A stretch of 64,000 nt of DNA from the human T2T-CHM13v2.0 reference genome, Homo sapiens, in NCBI RefSeq assembly GCF_009914755.1, contig NC_060942.1; one strand, written 5' to 3'. Shown here in pieces: positions 13,066-26,130 of the stretch. How positions within the stretch are numbered: the stretch's first letter is position 1; every line of letters starts with the position of its first letter. The position numbers were made by a program, and so were the translations under genes. The notes beneath the pieces were generated by a model. It was not told the DNA's origin, made no database searches, and was given only the letters and a program-made list of their open reading frames with translations.

Positions 13066-13385
13066 TTTTTTTTTTTTGTTTGTTTTGTTTTGTTTGAGAT
13101 GGAGTCTCACTCTGTCACCCAGACTGAAGTGCAGTGGTGTGATCTTGGCTCACTGTAGCTTCCGCCTCCTGGGTTCAAGTGATTCTCCTGCCTCAGCCTC
13201 CTGAGCAGCTGGGGCTGCAGGTGCCTGCCACGACAACCGGCTAACGACTTTTTTTCTGTATTTTTATTAGAGGCAGAGTTTTGCCATGTTGGCCAAATTG
13301 GTCTCGAACTCCTAACCTCAAGTGATCTGCCTTCCTCAGCCTCTCAAAGTGCTAGGATTACAGGCATCAGCCACCACCTCTGGCT
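13066..13385 (-). mobile_element. AluS (Sz/Sx-like)
   Basis: Antisense dimer with T/GTTTT tail; degenerate TSD TGGCAATTTATGGTT / TGACAACTAGTGGTT. Confidence 0.95.
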
Positions 13386-13924
13386 TGACAACTAGTGGTT
13401 AATGAAAATATCAAAGTTTGACAACTAACTTGGGTTTTAAATAGTAAAATAAAAAATCATTCTAATAACATTTCTCAGTCTCACTTTACACAAGGAATAA
13501 GAAAAGTGATGGAAGAAGAGACGCTTCCCTGGTAATGTGATGCTTAAAATCCATGTTTGCCTATTACGATGAGAACAATATTTTGGCAATCTGAGAAGAT
13601 AACTTAGGATGTTAGATCTGAGGGATTGTCTATACTTTGTAGGAAATGATACTTCGAATTCCAGAGTTCAGCTAAGGCTGAAAGTTAAAGGCAGGATCAC
13701 TCAGGACCTGGAACTGCAGCACCGTTTCTGCATCCAAAACTAGCTGTGCAATTGCTGCAAATAAAATCTGAGCCTAAAGGCACAATATTTGTCCGAAGAA
13801 GCCAGAGAAGTCCCAGTTTTTCTTTAAGAGTTTTACAAGCAAAAGCATATAGAAAGCCCTGATAAGTGACAGGAGAAGGAGTGGGAGGTAAAAAATGTAT
13901 TAAAAAGCAAAAGAAGTCTATAGC

Positions 13925-14102
13925 ACTGGAGCTTTAAGAGTAGTCTCCAGACCAGAAACAGGATCACATGGGAAATAGGTTAGAAATGCAAAATTTTGGA
14001 TATCTTCCCCCTTCTACCCCAGAGCTACTGAAAATAAACTATACAGGAAGAGAATCAGCAATCTGTTTCATCTGGGTGATTCTGATACAGGAGAACCACT
14101 GG
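13925..14102. mobile_element. MER5-like hAT MITE
   Basis: GTTAGAAATGCAAA, CTACTGAA, CAGCAATCTGTTT, GGTGATTCTGAT, GAGAACCACTG. Confidence 0.65.
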
Positions 14103-15097
14103 ACTGTAGACTTGATCAAGGGTCATTTAGTGTGTGGATCAACAACTTCATCTCCCACTGAAGGCTCTGTTTTATTACATCATAAGTTGGTATTTATGAT
14201 AAGAAAAGAGTATCCAAAGTTTTAGTTGTCTATTTATTTTAGTCTGTTTATGAAGGCAGATAAATCATATATCTCAAATAGCTTCTCATCATCTTTCTTG
14301 GGGGCATTTGAAGTGGTAACCTTGAGCTGTGAAATCCACTTGTGTTCTAAAATACTCAATTTCTGCACAATATGGGATAAATATCATGTTACCATATTGT
14401 GACATGCCATTTATAAATGAAGACCAGTCACACATTCCTGCTAGATTTGACAATTATTCTCCAAAGTAACCTCTAAAAATAATTTGACAATTATGCCCCC
14501 AACCTCTGTTGCTGGTGCTATTGTTTCCTTTAAAAATATGAACTTAGGTTTTAACAAGAAAAAATACCTTTCTAAGATTTATATGAACAATGCTTAAGAT
14601 AGATGATCTTTATAGAAAGGTAAATGTGTTATGTTTCTTCTAAACACATTTTTCTACACTACACAAATTTAATAGTGAAAATATATGAACACAGTCTGCT
14701 TTCTGAAAGAATATTATAAATTATTCCTAGACTTAAATTTGCATAGTCGTTAGAGGAAATAAATATGCTATCTGGCATATTAGAGAGGATATCTAAAATT
14801 ACAGATAACTAGAAGTTCATTTCTAGGGCATTAGACATTTTCATTATTTCTATTATTGCTTTATTATTGTTGCTCTTAAGACATGAAATGAATTTTTAGA
14901 AATGCCCCTAAATGCCTTTAATCAAATTACAAAAAAGAGCACCAATTCTTCTGAGTTGATGCTGGCACTGCCAGTGTGCACTGGCTTAGAGAGCTGAGCT
15001 GAAGGCTGGATGTCAGCTCCACTTGTCCCTGGGCAGAGACCTCTGTGCAGTGCACAAGCTGACACAGCCTCCCCCAAGCTGTCCACTGCTTGTCAAC

Positions 15098-15405
15098 CAT
15101 GGGTCACAAACTGACAACCTAACGTCCAAATGTAGCCTACAGGCTTTGTTTGTTTTGGCCTAGTAAGTAGAAATAGCTTCAATTCGTGGCCAGTAGTTTT
15201 GAATTAGAAAATTTTGCAGAATCATCTGAATTCCTCTGGAAAACTAGAAGACATGGCAACCTGGAACTTCCATTCCTGACTAGTAACAATTGGCCGGGGC
15301 TAAGGGGCAACTTCCCTGCTAGAGGAACATGTGCTCTTCAGGTCACAGTTCCCCTGCCTTCCTTTGTATTCATCTGGCCTCTGTGAACATCTAGGTTTAC
15401 AATTT
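15098..15405. mobile_element. MER102-like hAT element, preceded by a possible MER91 fragment (~15030-15070)
   Basis: GGTCACAAACT...ATGGCAACC...CATTCCTGACTAGTAACAATTGGCCGGGGCTAAG...CTGGCCTCTGTGAACAT. Confidence 0.65.
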
Positions 15406-15726
15406 GGTATGACTCAATATAGTCATCACCTCTTCCATTTTTCTCTCCAGGTAGGTTTAACAACTTTTAAACTCTGTGTCCACTGAATCAAGTACAGATT
15501 TACATAGCAGCATCTGTAACAACTAATTGTACCTCTTTGTTTACAGCCTTTTCCCTACAAGACAGTAAACTTCTGATGACCAGAGATCAGCCTATTAATC
15601 CATCTCTGTAATTCCAGTGCTTATTAGATTGAGTTGCATGATAAACATTTGTTGATAAGTGAAATGAACTGTTTTTTAGAAAAATGTATGGTGGAGGTAG
15701 AGAAGCATACTTCCTATTTCCCTTCT

Positions 15727-16141
15727 GTACTACGTAGGTATTGCCGCAATAATACTGTCTAACACACTACCTAAAACTTAGCAACTTAAAATGACATTTT
15801 TTTTTTCTCAAGATGATGGGTCTTTGGGTTGGTGGCAGTTCATCTGTGCTATGGGATTTAGATCGTAGATTGGGTTCAAGTCTGCCCTGTGTGCTTCTTC
15901 TGGGTCATAGGCAGAAGGGACTACAGCTACCTGAGGCATTTTCTTTCCATGGTGATAGCAGAAATTCAAGGGAGAAAGCTCCACAATGCAAACACATTTC
16001 AGCTCTTCTTACATTCCATCTGCAAACATCCACCTTGGCCAAGCCCAAAGTCCAGGGGTGGAAAGTAACTTCCACCCACCTTGAAAACTTGGCAAGAATG
16101 TTAATGCAGACATATGAAGAATTGTGATCAATAATTTAATC
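15727..16141 (-). mobile_element. Old MaLR LTR (MLT1H/I-like)
   Basis: GCAATAATACTGTCTAAC..CTTAGCAACTTAAAA, CAGCTACCTGAGGCAT, CCACCTTGGCCAAGCCCAAAGTC motifs. Confidence 0.7.
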
Positions 16142-16360
16142 CAGGGCCAAAATTAGGGTAAGGCAGGTGAGGTGCAAAATTTAAGAGGTGCCAAAAATCT
16201 CGTAATAAAGATACATATTTTAATACTTAATTTTTGAAAAGCAAAATCAACGCAAACATCCATAATAAACAAAATATACAAATATTAAACACAGAATCTG
16301 ACCACCCATCTGCATGGCTCACCTACTCACCTCACCTCACCTGCTTCATTGCCCTGTTGG
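16142..16360. mobile_element. MER96B-like hAT element
   Basis: CAGGGCC..TAGGGTAAGGCAGGTGAGG..CAAAATTTAAGAGGTGCCAAAAA and CTCACCTCAC-rich right end. Confidence 0.7.
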
Positions 16361-17644
16361 GTCTTATCTCAATATCGATCCCATCTAAAACACTCCTCTG
16401 AGTGGCAGTTAACAAACTGCTCTTGCTTGTATCTTGAGTCTCTGCATTGGTGTGAATATTTGTATCAAAACATTAAGAATTCAAGTTTCTGGGAGTTTTA
16501 TTAATATATAATTAAGCTATCCCTAGAAAAACAGGGTTTAGGGCAAGTAGTTTTTAACACAAAACATCTTTAATTTGTAAAAACTAAATTATGTAAAAAT
16601 AACATTCCACTAGAAGCCTTTTAGAAAAGTTTGCATTTTTTCTTATACAATGCAAACTGTCTATATATTTGTACTAGTCAACTCCTTATATTGTCCAAAT
16701 CCTGAATTTCATCATCTAAGCAAGACCAGTTTGGCATCAGATTTAAGCAAGATATCCATGACTACGAAATTCCCTATAGTTGGACTTGAGGGGTAGTAGG
16801 AGAGCTGATATAGCAAGAACTTTCCAGTCCACTTGAGGATGTTTCTATAAACTTTTTCAATGTAACTGACCTCATTACACTCTGCGAAGGTGTAACTACA
16901 CGTATCCCACTGCCTCTTGGGTCAGTCAGGCAAATGAAAAGCAATCATATCACTCTTTAAATGTTTTAGCATTTTCCAGCTTGGACTTTGGGAAGTGGGA
17001 TCCAGTCTGCTCATGGGATATGTGTTGACTACCTCTTATGGAAGGGGCCGTTCCATGCCATGCATGCTGCCAGACAGTTGTGCTACTCCTGGCTGCCTGG
17101 GTTCCTTGAAGTCCATTCCCAGTGCAGGACAACCTCACGGCAACATTGACATTGCACGTTCAAGAATCTTAAATGATTCTTACTGAATTTCAAACCTTGA
17201 GGAGAGGACACTGTGGTGGTATCAGTAAGGATAGCTGGGACATATTTAAGAAGGACTGAGATGAAGTAAGACCTGAAAGACAAGCGTCTACAATTTCTAC
17301 CTCTAAAAGGTAGAAAGGCATCTAACCATTTAAAAAATACATTATCATGAACAAAACACAGAAAGATGTATATCTCTGTTGGCGTTCTAGCTAAATAAAA
17401 TAATAGCAGTATGAAAAATTTTTAAAGGGAGATAGTAACTGGAAAAATCTAAAAGAATGTTGTTACTGATTCAGGATATATATTTTCAGTGTGCTGTTCC
17501 ATGTGATATCATGGGTATTTTATTTTTGTGTACAATAGCTTCATAGGGACTCTGCAGAAGTTATTCCTGAGTCCTATCTTTTACCAATATCATTATGTTT
17601 AATGAAATCATAAGTTTCTTATCCATAATTCTATCACAGTGTTG

Positions 17645-17666
17645 ATGTGTGTGTGTGTGTGTGTGT
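17645..17666. repeat. (TG)n microsatellite
   Basis: Direct reading. Confidence 0.9.
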
Positions 17667-17762
17667 CTTATTTCCCAAAATTGGAAAATATAATGAGACA
17701 AGAGCTTCTATCATTATGAATGATATTGAACAATGATATTGAATAATGATCAATATCTTTCA

Positions 17763-18305
17763 AAGCTATCATTTATTGAACATTAGCTATATACCGGATA
17801 CTGTGCAATATATTTCATGTGAATTTATGCTTCTCTTCATTACAACCCAGTATACATCTGTCTCCCTATTTTACAAATTAGAAGACTTAGATTGAGAAAG
17901 GGTTAAATGGCATGCCTACATCACTGATAGATGTCCAAGTTAGGATTCATGTTCACCTTCTTTCTTCTCCTCCAAAACTGAATCCCTATGGGGCACCCCT
18001 GCTTTGCCATTCAGCCTTGAGACTATGTTTCAGCTGCTGTGTAGTCTCCCTTCTCATCACACTAATAAACACTACATTCATGAAGGGTTGTTTTACAGCA
18101 GACTTTATTCTTAACATTTACATATATCATTTCCTTTAATCCTCATATGTCATATGTTGTTGTTGTTCACCATTCTACCTGTAAGAAAACTAAGTCTCTG
18201 AGAGCTTAAGTGTGTTGCTTGGTCACACAGCTAGGGAATGGCCAAATCAAGGTTCAAACCCAGATCAGTGCAACTCTAGATGTCATGCTTGTAACCCTTA
18301 TGCAA
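17763..18305 (-). mobile_element. Two tandem MIR copies (~17763-17950 and ~18075-18305)
   Basis: CATTTATTGAAC..., CCTATTTTACA..., GGTCACACAGCTAG...GGTTCAAACCCAGATC. Confidence 0.7.
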
Positions 18306-19973
18306 AGCTGTCTCCAGTCATGCCATGCTTCCTCTGTGATACAGCAGGAAACTCACTGAATTAATAGTCACAGATATCAGGTTTTTATCCCAGATGTGGC
18401 TATTGCCAAGTCCTGTTTCTTTATCTGTTAAACTGTGATTAATAGTCCCTGCCCTGCACAAGTCATATCATTGCTGTGAGACTTCAACCAGAAACAAGGA
18501 CAGGGAAGCTTGAACTGCAAGCTCTTGTTAAAGTACTGTCAGCAACTTGAGAGGCTGAGACTGCTGTAACAATTTGCTTTGTATCTCACATAAGCCTAGA
18601 AGAGTTCTTGACTCTGAAGCTTATCAGGACCCAGCCGGAAAGCAAATACACATAAACTGCTGGTAAAAGAAAAGTGAAGGGCATTTCTTGGAAATGGGAA
18701 AAGGCTCTTCCTCCTTCCCCTCCTGCCCCTACTTAGGGGCAGAACCATCCCAAAATGTAATCAAGAAGAACAGTTTGAATACTCAAGGTTTTATCCTTCC
18801 TCATTAATATGTTTTCCATTATTTGTACTTCCATTATTTGTTCAGTTCTATTTTCCCCTAATTTGTTGCTTCTTGGAGTCAGCAGTGAGTAGGAAATGCC
18901 AATGGCTGATGATTCCTCAAATAGCCCTGAAGATTTAATCCTAAGTTCTGATGACCCAAGTATGTGTGGTAAAGAGATGACTGCTTTCCTCTTGCCTTCA
19001 AAGTGGTTTTCAGCAGTGCTGGTCTCAGCTCTCTTGAACCTGCAGGACAGACAGTGGCAACACTCTTGTCAAGGAGCCAGAGTCTCAGATTATAACATCT
19101 TGGTGATAATATATTTTGCCTGTTGCCAAAGCATTTCATTTAAAGGTTTGGGCACATGTAAATATATTTCTGGCTTTCCTTTTCTAAGTTCCCTCCTCTA
19201 ACCTCTTTAGTCTCAATTTGAGTTTATTTCCATCATAGAAAAAAGAATGTAGAAGGCTAAAGCCCCATTAGTAATACAGTAGTCAGGGACATCTCACCTA
19301 TTTGACAATTATTTATTGAGGACCTATGTACACAGGCACTCTGCTAGGTACCAGGGGCATGGTTGGCACTGGAGACATGGTTGGCTGTTTTCTGCCATTT
19401 AGAAGCTTAAACTTTCCATTTCTATATTGTTTGAAGGCTGTGATTATCTTCCTGATAATCTACGTGCTCTTTTTATACTTCTCTCCATCAAATTTTTGTA
19501 TCTGTCTCCTGATTCATCAAGTTATCCCCCAGAATAGGGGCTTTTAGGGAAATTCCACAGAAACCTGAATTTCCTACTCTCTCTTAATTGAAAACAAACT
19601 CTAATTTCTGGACTTACTCTCTCTGTGTCTATACAAACCTGTCCATGGCCATTTTCCCATCCTGGGTGTGTCATGCAGCCAGGCTGACTCATCTTTCCTT
19701 GTAATAAATCAACTCTTTAAAAACCATCACCACATTATAACACATCTGAGCATCAGCACTCTGACAATAGAATATAATTTGATAGCAGAAGGCTCTAAAC
19801 AAATTCCTTTGGACAAGAGAGATATAGATTATATAACTCACACCCAAAGATATTTAAGTCAAATCAATGTGGCCAGGCCATTTAACTCACCAAGAGAGAA
19901 GGGTTACAGTCGGTTACTTAAAAGCCTCCCTATCTTTTACCTTATGGATATGGGCATATCAAGACTGAATATA

Positions 19974-20259
19974 GGCTGGGCGTGGTGGCTCACGCCTGTA
20001 ATTCCAGCACTTTGGGAGGCCGAGGGGGGTGGATCACGAGGTCAGGAGATCGAGACCATCCTGGCTAACACGGTGAAACCCCGTCTCTACTAAAAATAGA
20101 AAAAAATTAGCTGGGCGTGGTGGCGGGCGCCTGTAGTCCCAGCTACTCGGGAGGCTGTGGCAAGAGAATGGCGTGAACCCGGGAGGCGGAGCTTGCAGTG
20201 AGCCGAGATCAGATCGCGCCACTGCACTCTAGCCTGGGCGACAGAGTGAGACTCCGTCT

Positions 20260-20307
<48 letters not shown>
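19974..20307 (+). mobile_element. AluY with 47-nt pure poly(A) tail
   Basis: AluY diagnostics GGATCACGAGGTCAGGAGATCGAGACCATCCTGGCTAACACGG, GGCGTGAACCCGGG, GAGCTTGCAG; A-run 20261-20307; TSD AAG(A/T)CTGAATATA. Confidence 0.97.
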
Positions 20308-20312
<5 letters not shown>

Positions 20313-20609
20313 AATATATCTCTTTAGCTATGACCACCTTGAAATGGATAATCAGCATTTTCTCCTAAAATTCCAGATTTTTATTCCAAAGCATCTCCTG
20401 GCTTGTTGCTCGGTCCTGCATTGCCAGCAAGCTAGAAGCCACTGTTCGGTAATGTTTCAGTTGAGAATGCACGGACCTTGAGGGTTAGTTTGCCCTCAAT
20501 CACAGTGGGCAGGAGTGGCACTGACATGAGAATCTCTATTTTCAGAGTTCTAGTCCAGAATTTCTGTTACACTAACCTGCCTCCATAGGGCATATGTACT
20601 TTACAAATC

Positions 20610-20970
20610 TTTTTTTTTAACTTTAAAATCTGGAATGCATGTGCAGAATGTGCAGGTTTGTTACACAGGTATACATGTGCCACGGTGGTTTGCTGCACCT
20701 ATCAACCCATCATCTAGGTTTTAAGCCCTGCATGCATTAGATATTTGTCCTAATGATCTCCTTCCCCTTGCCTCCCACCCCCCGACAGGTCCCGGTGTGT
20801 GATATTCTCCTCCCTGTGTCCCTGTGTTCTCATTGCTCAACTCTCACTTATGAGTGAGAACATGCGGTGTTTGGTTTTCTGTTCCTGTGTTAGTTTGCTG
20901 AGAATGATGGCTTCCAGCTTCATCCATGTCCCTGCAAAGGGCATGAACTCATTCTTTTTTATGGCTGCAT
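20610..20970 (-). mobile_element. 5'-truncated L1PA8-like element (3' UTR)
   Basis: TCTAGGTTTTAAGCCCTGCATGCATTAG signature; TSD TACAA(A/G)TCTTT at 20602 and 20970. Confidence 0.9.
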
Positions 20971-22053
20971 ACAAGTCTTTTCAAAATAAATTTATATTTG
21001 GAAAGCAGTATGTAGACTCCTATGGGAAAAGTATCATTTCAACTTGATGATAGCTAAGTATTCTGAACATGTTAATTAATGTTTTATTCTCCAGATATGT
21101 AGTTAGATCTCCAATAGCATTAGGGTCAACATTGTGTCATTTTGCATAAATTGCAAACACATTACAATTTGTGTTATTATTACTAATAGTTGGATAGGCA
21201 CCCATGCTTATTTCCATGATAAGGAGAATATAGGCAAGTGTAGAAATTTGCAGTGAATTGTTCAAGGATGCCCAACTAGTATGTATGATATGGGGCAGTA
21301 TTTTCAATGAAGATGTGCACATTTGCTGGGTCTATAGATGTAGATAAAATTATTGTGAGGAAGTTTATATGATTTTGTATTAGGGCTAATCTAGCTTTGA
21401 AAAAGATCAATCTATATATTATGATCACTTCTTCTCTAACCTGACACACTGTTCATAAAATGTGATCTTTCATATTCCAAATGAAATGCATTTTTTTCCC
21501 TTTCTCTATGCCTTAAATTGTCCGTGTCCTTATTTTCCTTATTTTAATGTTTTCTTTTTCTGAATATTTTCTCAAGTATTTTCAACTTGAAAAGGAGTAT
21601 ATGAACACTAAAAATAACTTCAAACAGTTCAGCAGTATCTAAAATGAAATGTAAACATCCCCTCTATTAATGTCTTCCTCTCATATGCACATCACATCTT
21701 TAAGTGTTTCTCAGATATTTAACAATCTACACTTGGAATCTGCTTGATCAAGAAAAAATGTGTGGAGGGAGAAGACCCCAACTATTTTCTTATCTACTTA
21801 TATTCCAGGACTGTTGTGATGATTACATAAAATAGGGTATATAAAAGTGATGAGGAAGTTAGAAAGGCCATACCAATTTAAGTTACTGCATTCATTGTAT
21901 GAAAAGCTTTCTACTCAGCTCAAGTACCCCCTTTTGTCTGTATAGCTTTGGCTTTTGTAGTGCTTAGTGTCATTTCCATAAACAGAGCTAATTTACTTCT
22001 TTATATGTTGACAATCATTTAAATGATTTCTCACTTATTTAAATCCTATAATA

Positions 22054-22363
22054 GGCTGGGCATGGTTGTTCGTGCCTATAATCCCAGTGCTTTGGGAGAT
22101 CGAAGTGGGAAGATTGCTTGAGGCCAGGAGTTCAAGACTATCCTCGGCAACATAGTGAGATCCTGTCTTACAAATATTTAAAAATTAGCTGAGCACAGTC
22201 ACACATGCCTGTAGTCCCAGCTACTCAAGAGGCTGAGGTGGGAGAATTGATTGATCCCAGGAAGTCAAGGCTGCAGTTAGCTATGATTGCACTACTGCAC
22301 TCCAGCCTGGGCACCACAGTAAGACTCTCCTGTCTCAAAAAAAAAAAAAAAAAAAAAAAAAAA
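22054..22363 (+). mobile_element. AluJ
   Basis: AGATTGCTTGAGGCCAGGAGTTCAAGAC, CAACATAGTGAGA, GTCAAGGCTGCAG; 27-nt A tail. Confidence 0.93.
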
Positions 22364-24211
22364 CTCATAACATTGCCTTTAATACCTCTCTAATATTCCT
22401 TACATCATTCTACGGTATTTTTATCTGTTGTGAAGTCAAATATGTCTCTGGCTCAATCCCCAAGCAGTAACCAACATCCCTTTTCAAAGAAGATATGCTT
22501 ATCAAATATTTACGTTTTAAATGAATTAATAAACAGGTGAGTTACAGAAATATTTCAAAGTCATTGTGAACTTTCATTCTCAGTGCTTAGATAACAAGTC
22601 TTACCAAGACATACAGAAGTGTCCATACATCCTCACCCCTTCTCTATGGTTGCCCCACCGCTGTTAGAGCAGTCCCAAACATGAGACAACAATGCACAGC
22701 CTCGACTGATGTCTTCTCCAGGGCTTTCCGCCTCTGTGACCCAGTCCAAATTCTCCCACAGGATATATTGGGTGATTCCTGCTGAGTTCAACCTGTATCT
22801 GCCTGATCCATTTGCTAGTGGAGTCCTTTGGACCTTCCAGAACAGTGGCCTGTCCCTACCCACTGAGTCATTCTAATGTAGCACTAAGGCAAGAACATGC
22901 AGCTTATCTATTTGTATCAGTGACTTTCAAAGCTGCCTGAACAAATGGTTCTGGCTGGATTTATTTCAAAGCATTGACTACGGCAGGCAGAAAGCTTCCT
23001 GCCAGGCGGTTATATTTACCACACAAATTTGTCAGCTTAACCAAACATTTCAGTGTGTTAGGAGCAGGAATTTGAATTGATTGATCTAAAGGGCTCAAAC
23101 ACTATGAAAGAGATGAAGGTGCATCAGCTGACATTACAGTGTCTGCACGAGTCCAAAATGATCACTAAATAAATGTTACTTTTCAGAAAGATTGTGCTGT
23201 TATCTTATCTCCCTCCCATACTGGGTTTGCAAAAGCAATCGGAGTTTCATGAGTGTTGGAATGTTTAGGCTAAAACACCATGGTGATGTTAGCAACAATT
23301 TTGAGGTGCCCTGATATGTTTAAATTATATAGCAAAAATACTATTATAAACTCTGAGCAAAATTGTGGGACACAGGGATCTTTGAATTCTTACTACAGCT
23401 TTCACATCACCTCCATTTATATGTACCTGTGTTCAACTTCCCTTTCATTAAAATAGGAATTATTCATTTTCATCGTATTGCTGGCATACTCTCTTCATAA
23501 TCCAACCTTAGGCTTGCAATAAAAATCTTCACAACCCAAATACCATGAGAATACTTGTGGTTAAGCCTAGAAAATATTAACTGATCACTCAAGAATATAT
23601 ATAACAATTTTCAGTATACTAGAAAAATATCACTAGTTTTTTTTTCAGTATTTTTTGGAGATGAAATAATCATACTGTTTGTAATTGTCTTAACTATTAC
23701 CAGCTTTATGTAATTTGTCATTTTACTATATTCTACATATGTACTCTAATTTAGTCTGACTTATTTTATTCTGCCAATAGTCATTTGGGGAAAAATTACA
23801 GTAGTAAGACAGAATTTTCTGAACATTTAAGATCACATTCAAGCAAGAAACAACATATTTTGCAAATGGGTCTTAGGAATACCCTCAGAGAAGCGTAGGG
23901 AAATATTTGAGAAAGGTCTTATGGTTCTGCAAGGATCTTGGAATCTACAAGGCAGATTAATAGCCCAATTATTTCCACAAAGCTATTGCCAAATTTCTTA
24001 CAACTGATTATTTAAGAAGCAATTTTTAAAAGCCACATTATTTATATTAATTGAATAACAATATAAATGGAGCAAATGGAGTTGATTCGTTCCTCAGTCT
24101 CTTGTAAGTCTATTGTGGTAAATTCATTATAGAGAGGAGTTGTATAAATATTCTAATTTCAATTTCTCTAAGTCATAACTGAATACCAGCTTAAGTTATG
24201 TCTGTATGCTT

Positions 24212-26130
24212 TAAATATTTTTTAAGGTGGTAAACTTTACGAACAGGTTTAGGTTCACAGCACAGTTGAGCAGAAAGTACGGAGTTCTCATAACATTCCC
24301 TATTTTCATACATGCACATCCTTCCTCACTATGACCATCCCACGCCTCAATGATGCATTCGTGATAATCAATAAACCTATATTGAGACATGATTATCACC
24401 CAAGGTCCATAATTTACACTAGGTTTCACCCTTGGTGTTGTACATTTGTGTTATATGGGTTTTGGCAAAGATATAATGACAAGTATCCATTATAGCATCA
24501 TGCATGATAGTTTCATTGTCTAAAGAATCCTTTGTGCTCTCCCTATTCATCCCTTCCTGCATGCTGTGCCCTGGCAACCACTCATCTTTTTACTGTCTCC
24601 GTAATTTTACCTTTTTCAGAGTACCATGTAGTTCACATCATACAGTATGTAGCCTTTTAAAATTGGCTTCTTTCACTTAGTAATATGCATTTAAGTTGCT
24701 GTATGAGTTTAGTAGACCTTTTTTTTTTGGCACCAAATAATATTCCACTGTCAAGATTTACCAGTTGATTTATTCATTTACCTATCGAGGGGCATCTTGG
24801 TTGTTTCCAAATTTTGGCAATTGTGAATAGAGTTTCTATAAACAACTATGTGTAGATTTTTGTGGGCATACATTGTCAGTTAAGTTGGGTAAATATCAAA
24901 GAGCATAATTGCTGGATCATACGTGAAGAGTATTTTTGGTTTTGTAAAAATCTGCCAAACTGTCCTTCAAAGTGGTTGCACCATTTTGCATTCCCACCAA
25001 TAATGAATAAGAGTTCCTCTTGCTCCACAACCTGGCCAGCATTTGATATTGTCAGTGTTTGGGATTTTGGCTATTCCAATAGGTTTGTAATGGTACCACA
25101 TTTTTTGTTTTTATTTTTAATTCTCAAATAACATAACATATGATACTGAATGCATGTTATTAATGTATACTTGCTTGCCATCTGTATATTTATCTTCTGT
25201 GATGAGGTGACTGTTTATGTCTGTTGCCCATTTTAAAAATCAGGTTGCTTGTTATTGTTGAGTTTTTAAAAGCTTTTTGCATATTTGGGCTATCATTTTT
25301 TTTTTTTAAATCAGTTGCATGTCTTACAAAGGTTTTCTCCCAGTCAGTGACTTGTCTTATTCTCTAATCTTGTCTTTCACAGAACAGAGGTTTTTAATTT
25401 TAACGAAGTCCAACTTATCAATGATCTCTTTCATGGATTTTGCCTTTAGTGTTGTATCTAAAAAATCAAAAAAACCTAAGTCATTTAGGTTTTCTCCTGT
25501 GTTATCTTCCAGGAGTTTTATAGTTTAGCATTTTCAATTTAGATCTATGATCTATTTTGAGTTAATTCTTGGGAAGAGTATAAGGTCTGTGTCTAGATTT
25601 TTTTTTACATGTAGATATCCAGTTGTTTCAGTATCGTTTGTTGAAAAGACTGTCTTTGCTCCATTTTATTGCCTTTGCTAATTTGTCAATGATCAATTGA
25701 CTACATTTATTAACTATATTTGAAAATAGCTTTCTATTTCTGAGCTCTCTGTCCTGTTCCATTGATCTATTTATTTATTCTTTTACCAATACCATACTGT
25801 CTTGATTACTATAACCTTATTTAGTTATAGATTTATAGTAGTAAATCTTGAAATTGAACAGTGTCAGTCCTCCAGCTTTGTTCTTACCCTTAAATATTAG
25901 GTTTGCTATTCTGGGTCTTTTGCCTTTCCATATAAACTTTAGACTAAGTTTGTTGATAGCCACAAAGTAACTTACTGAAATTTTGATTCAGATTCACATG
26001 GACTCTATAGATCAAGTTGGGGAGAAATTACGTCTTCACACAATCAGTCATATCAATGACCATGGAATATTTCTCAATTTATTTAGTTTTTCTTTAATAT
26101 CTTTCATCAGATTTTAACTACATTTTCATG
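24212..26130 (-). mobile_element. L1MC1-like element (3' UTR plus degraded ORF2 end)
   Basis: TTAGGTTCACAGCA..TTGAGCAGAAAGTAC, CACCCAAGGTCCATAATTTACAC, then antisense ORF2-type sequence (TTTGTTGAAAAGACTGTC, TGTCCTGTTCCATTGATCTAT). Confidence 0.85.

Noticed and set aside
18814-18842. Short local duplications (15-bp TTCCATTATTTGT here; ~21-bp at 53561-53600)
   Set aside because: Ordinary slippage duplications with no further structure
22633-22863. 76-aa minus ORF ending at a GTGAG donor-like site
   Set aside because: No recognisable homology; nearest plausible acceptor (~22884) puts a TAG in frame
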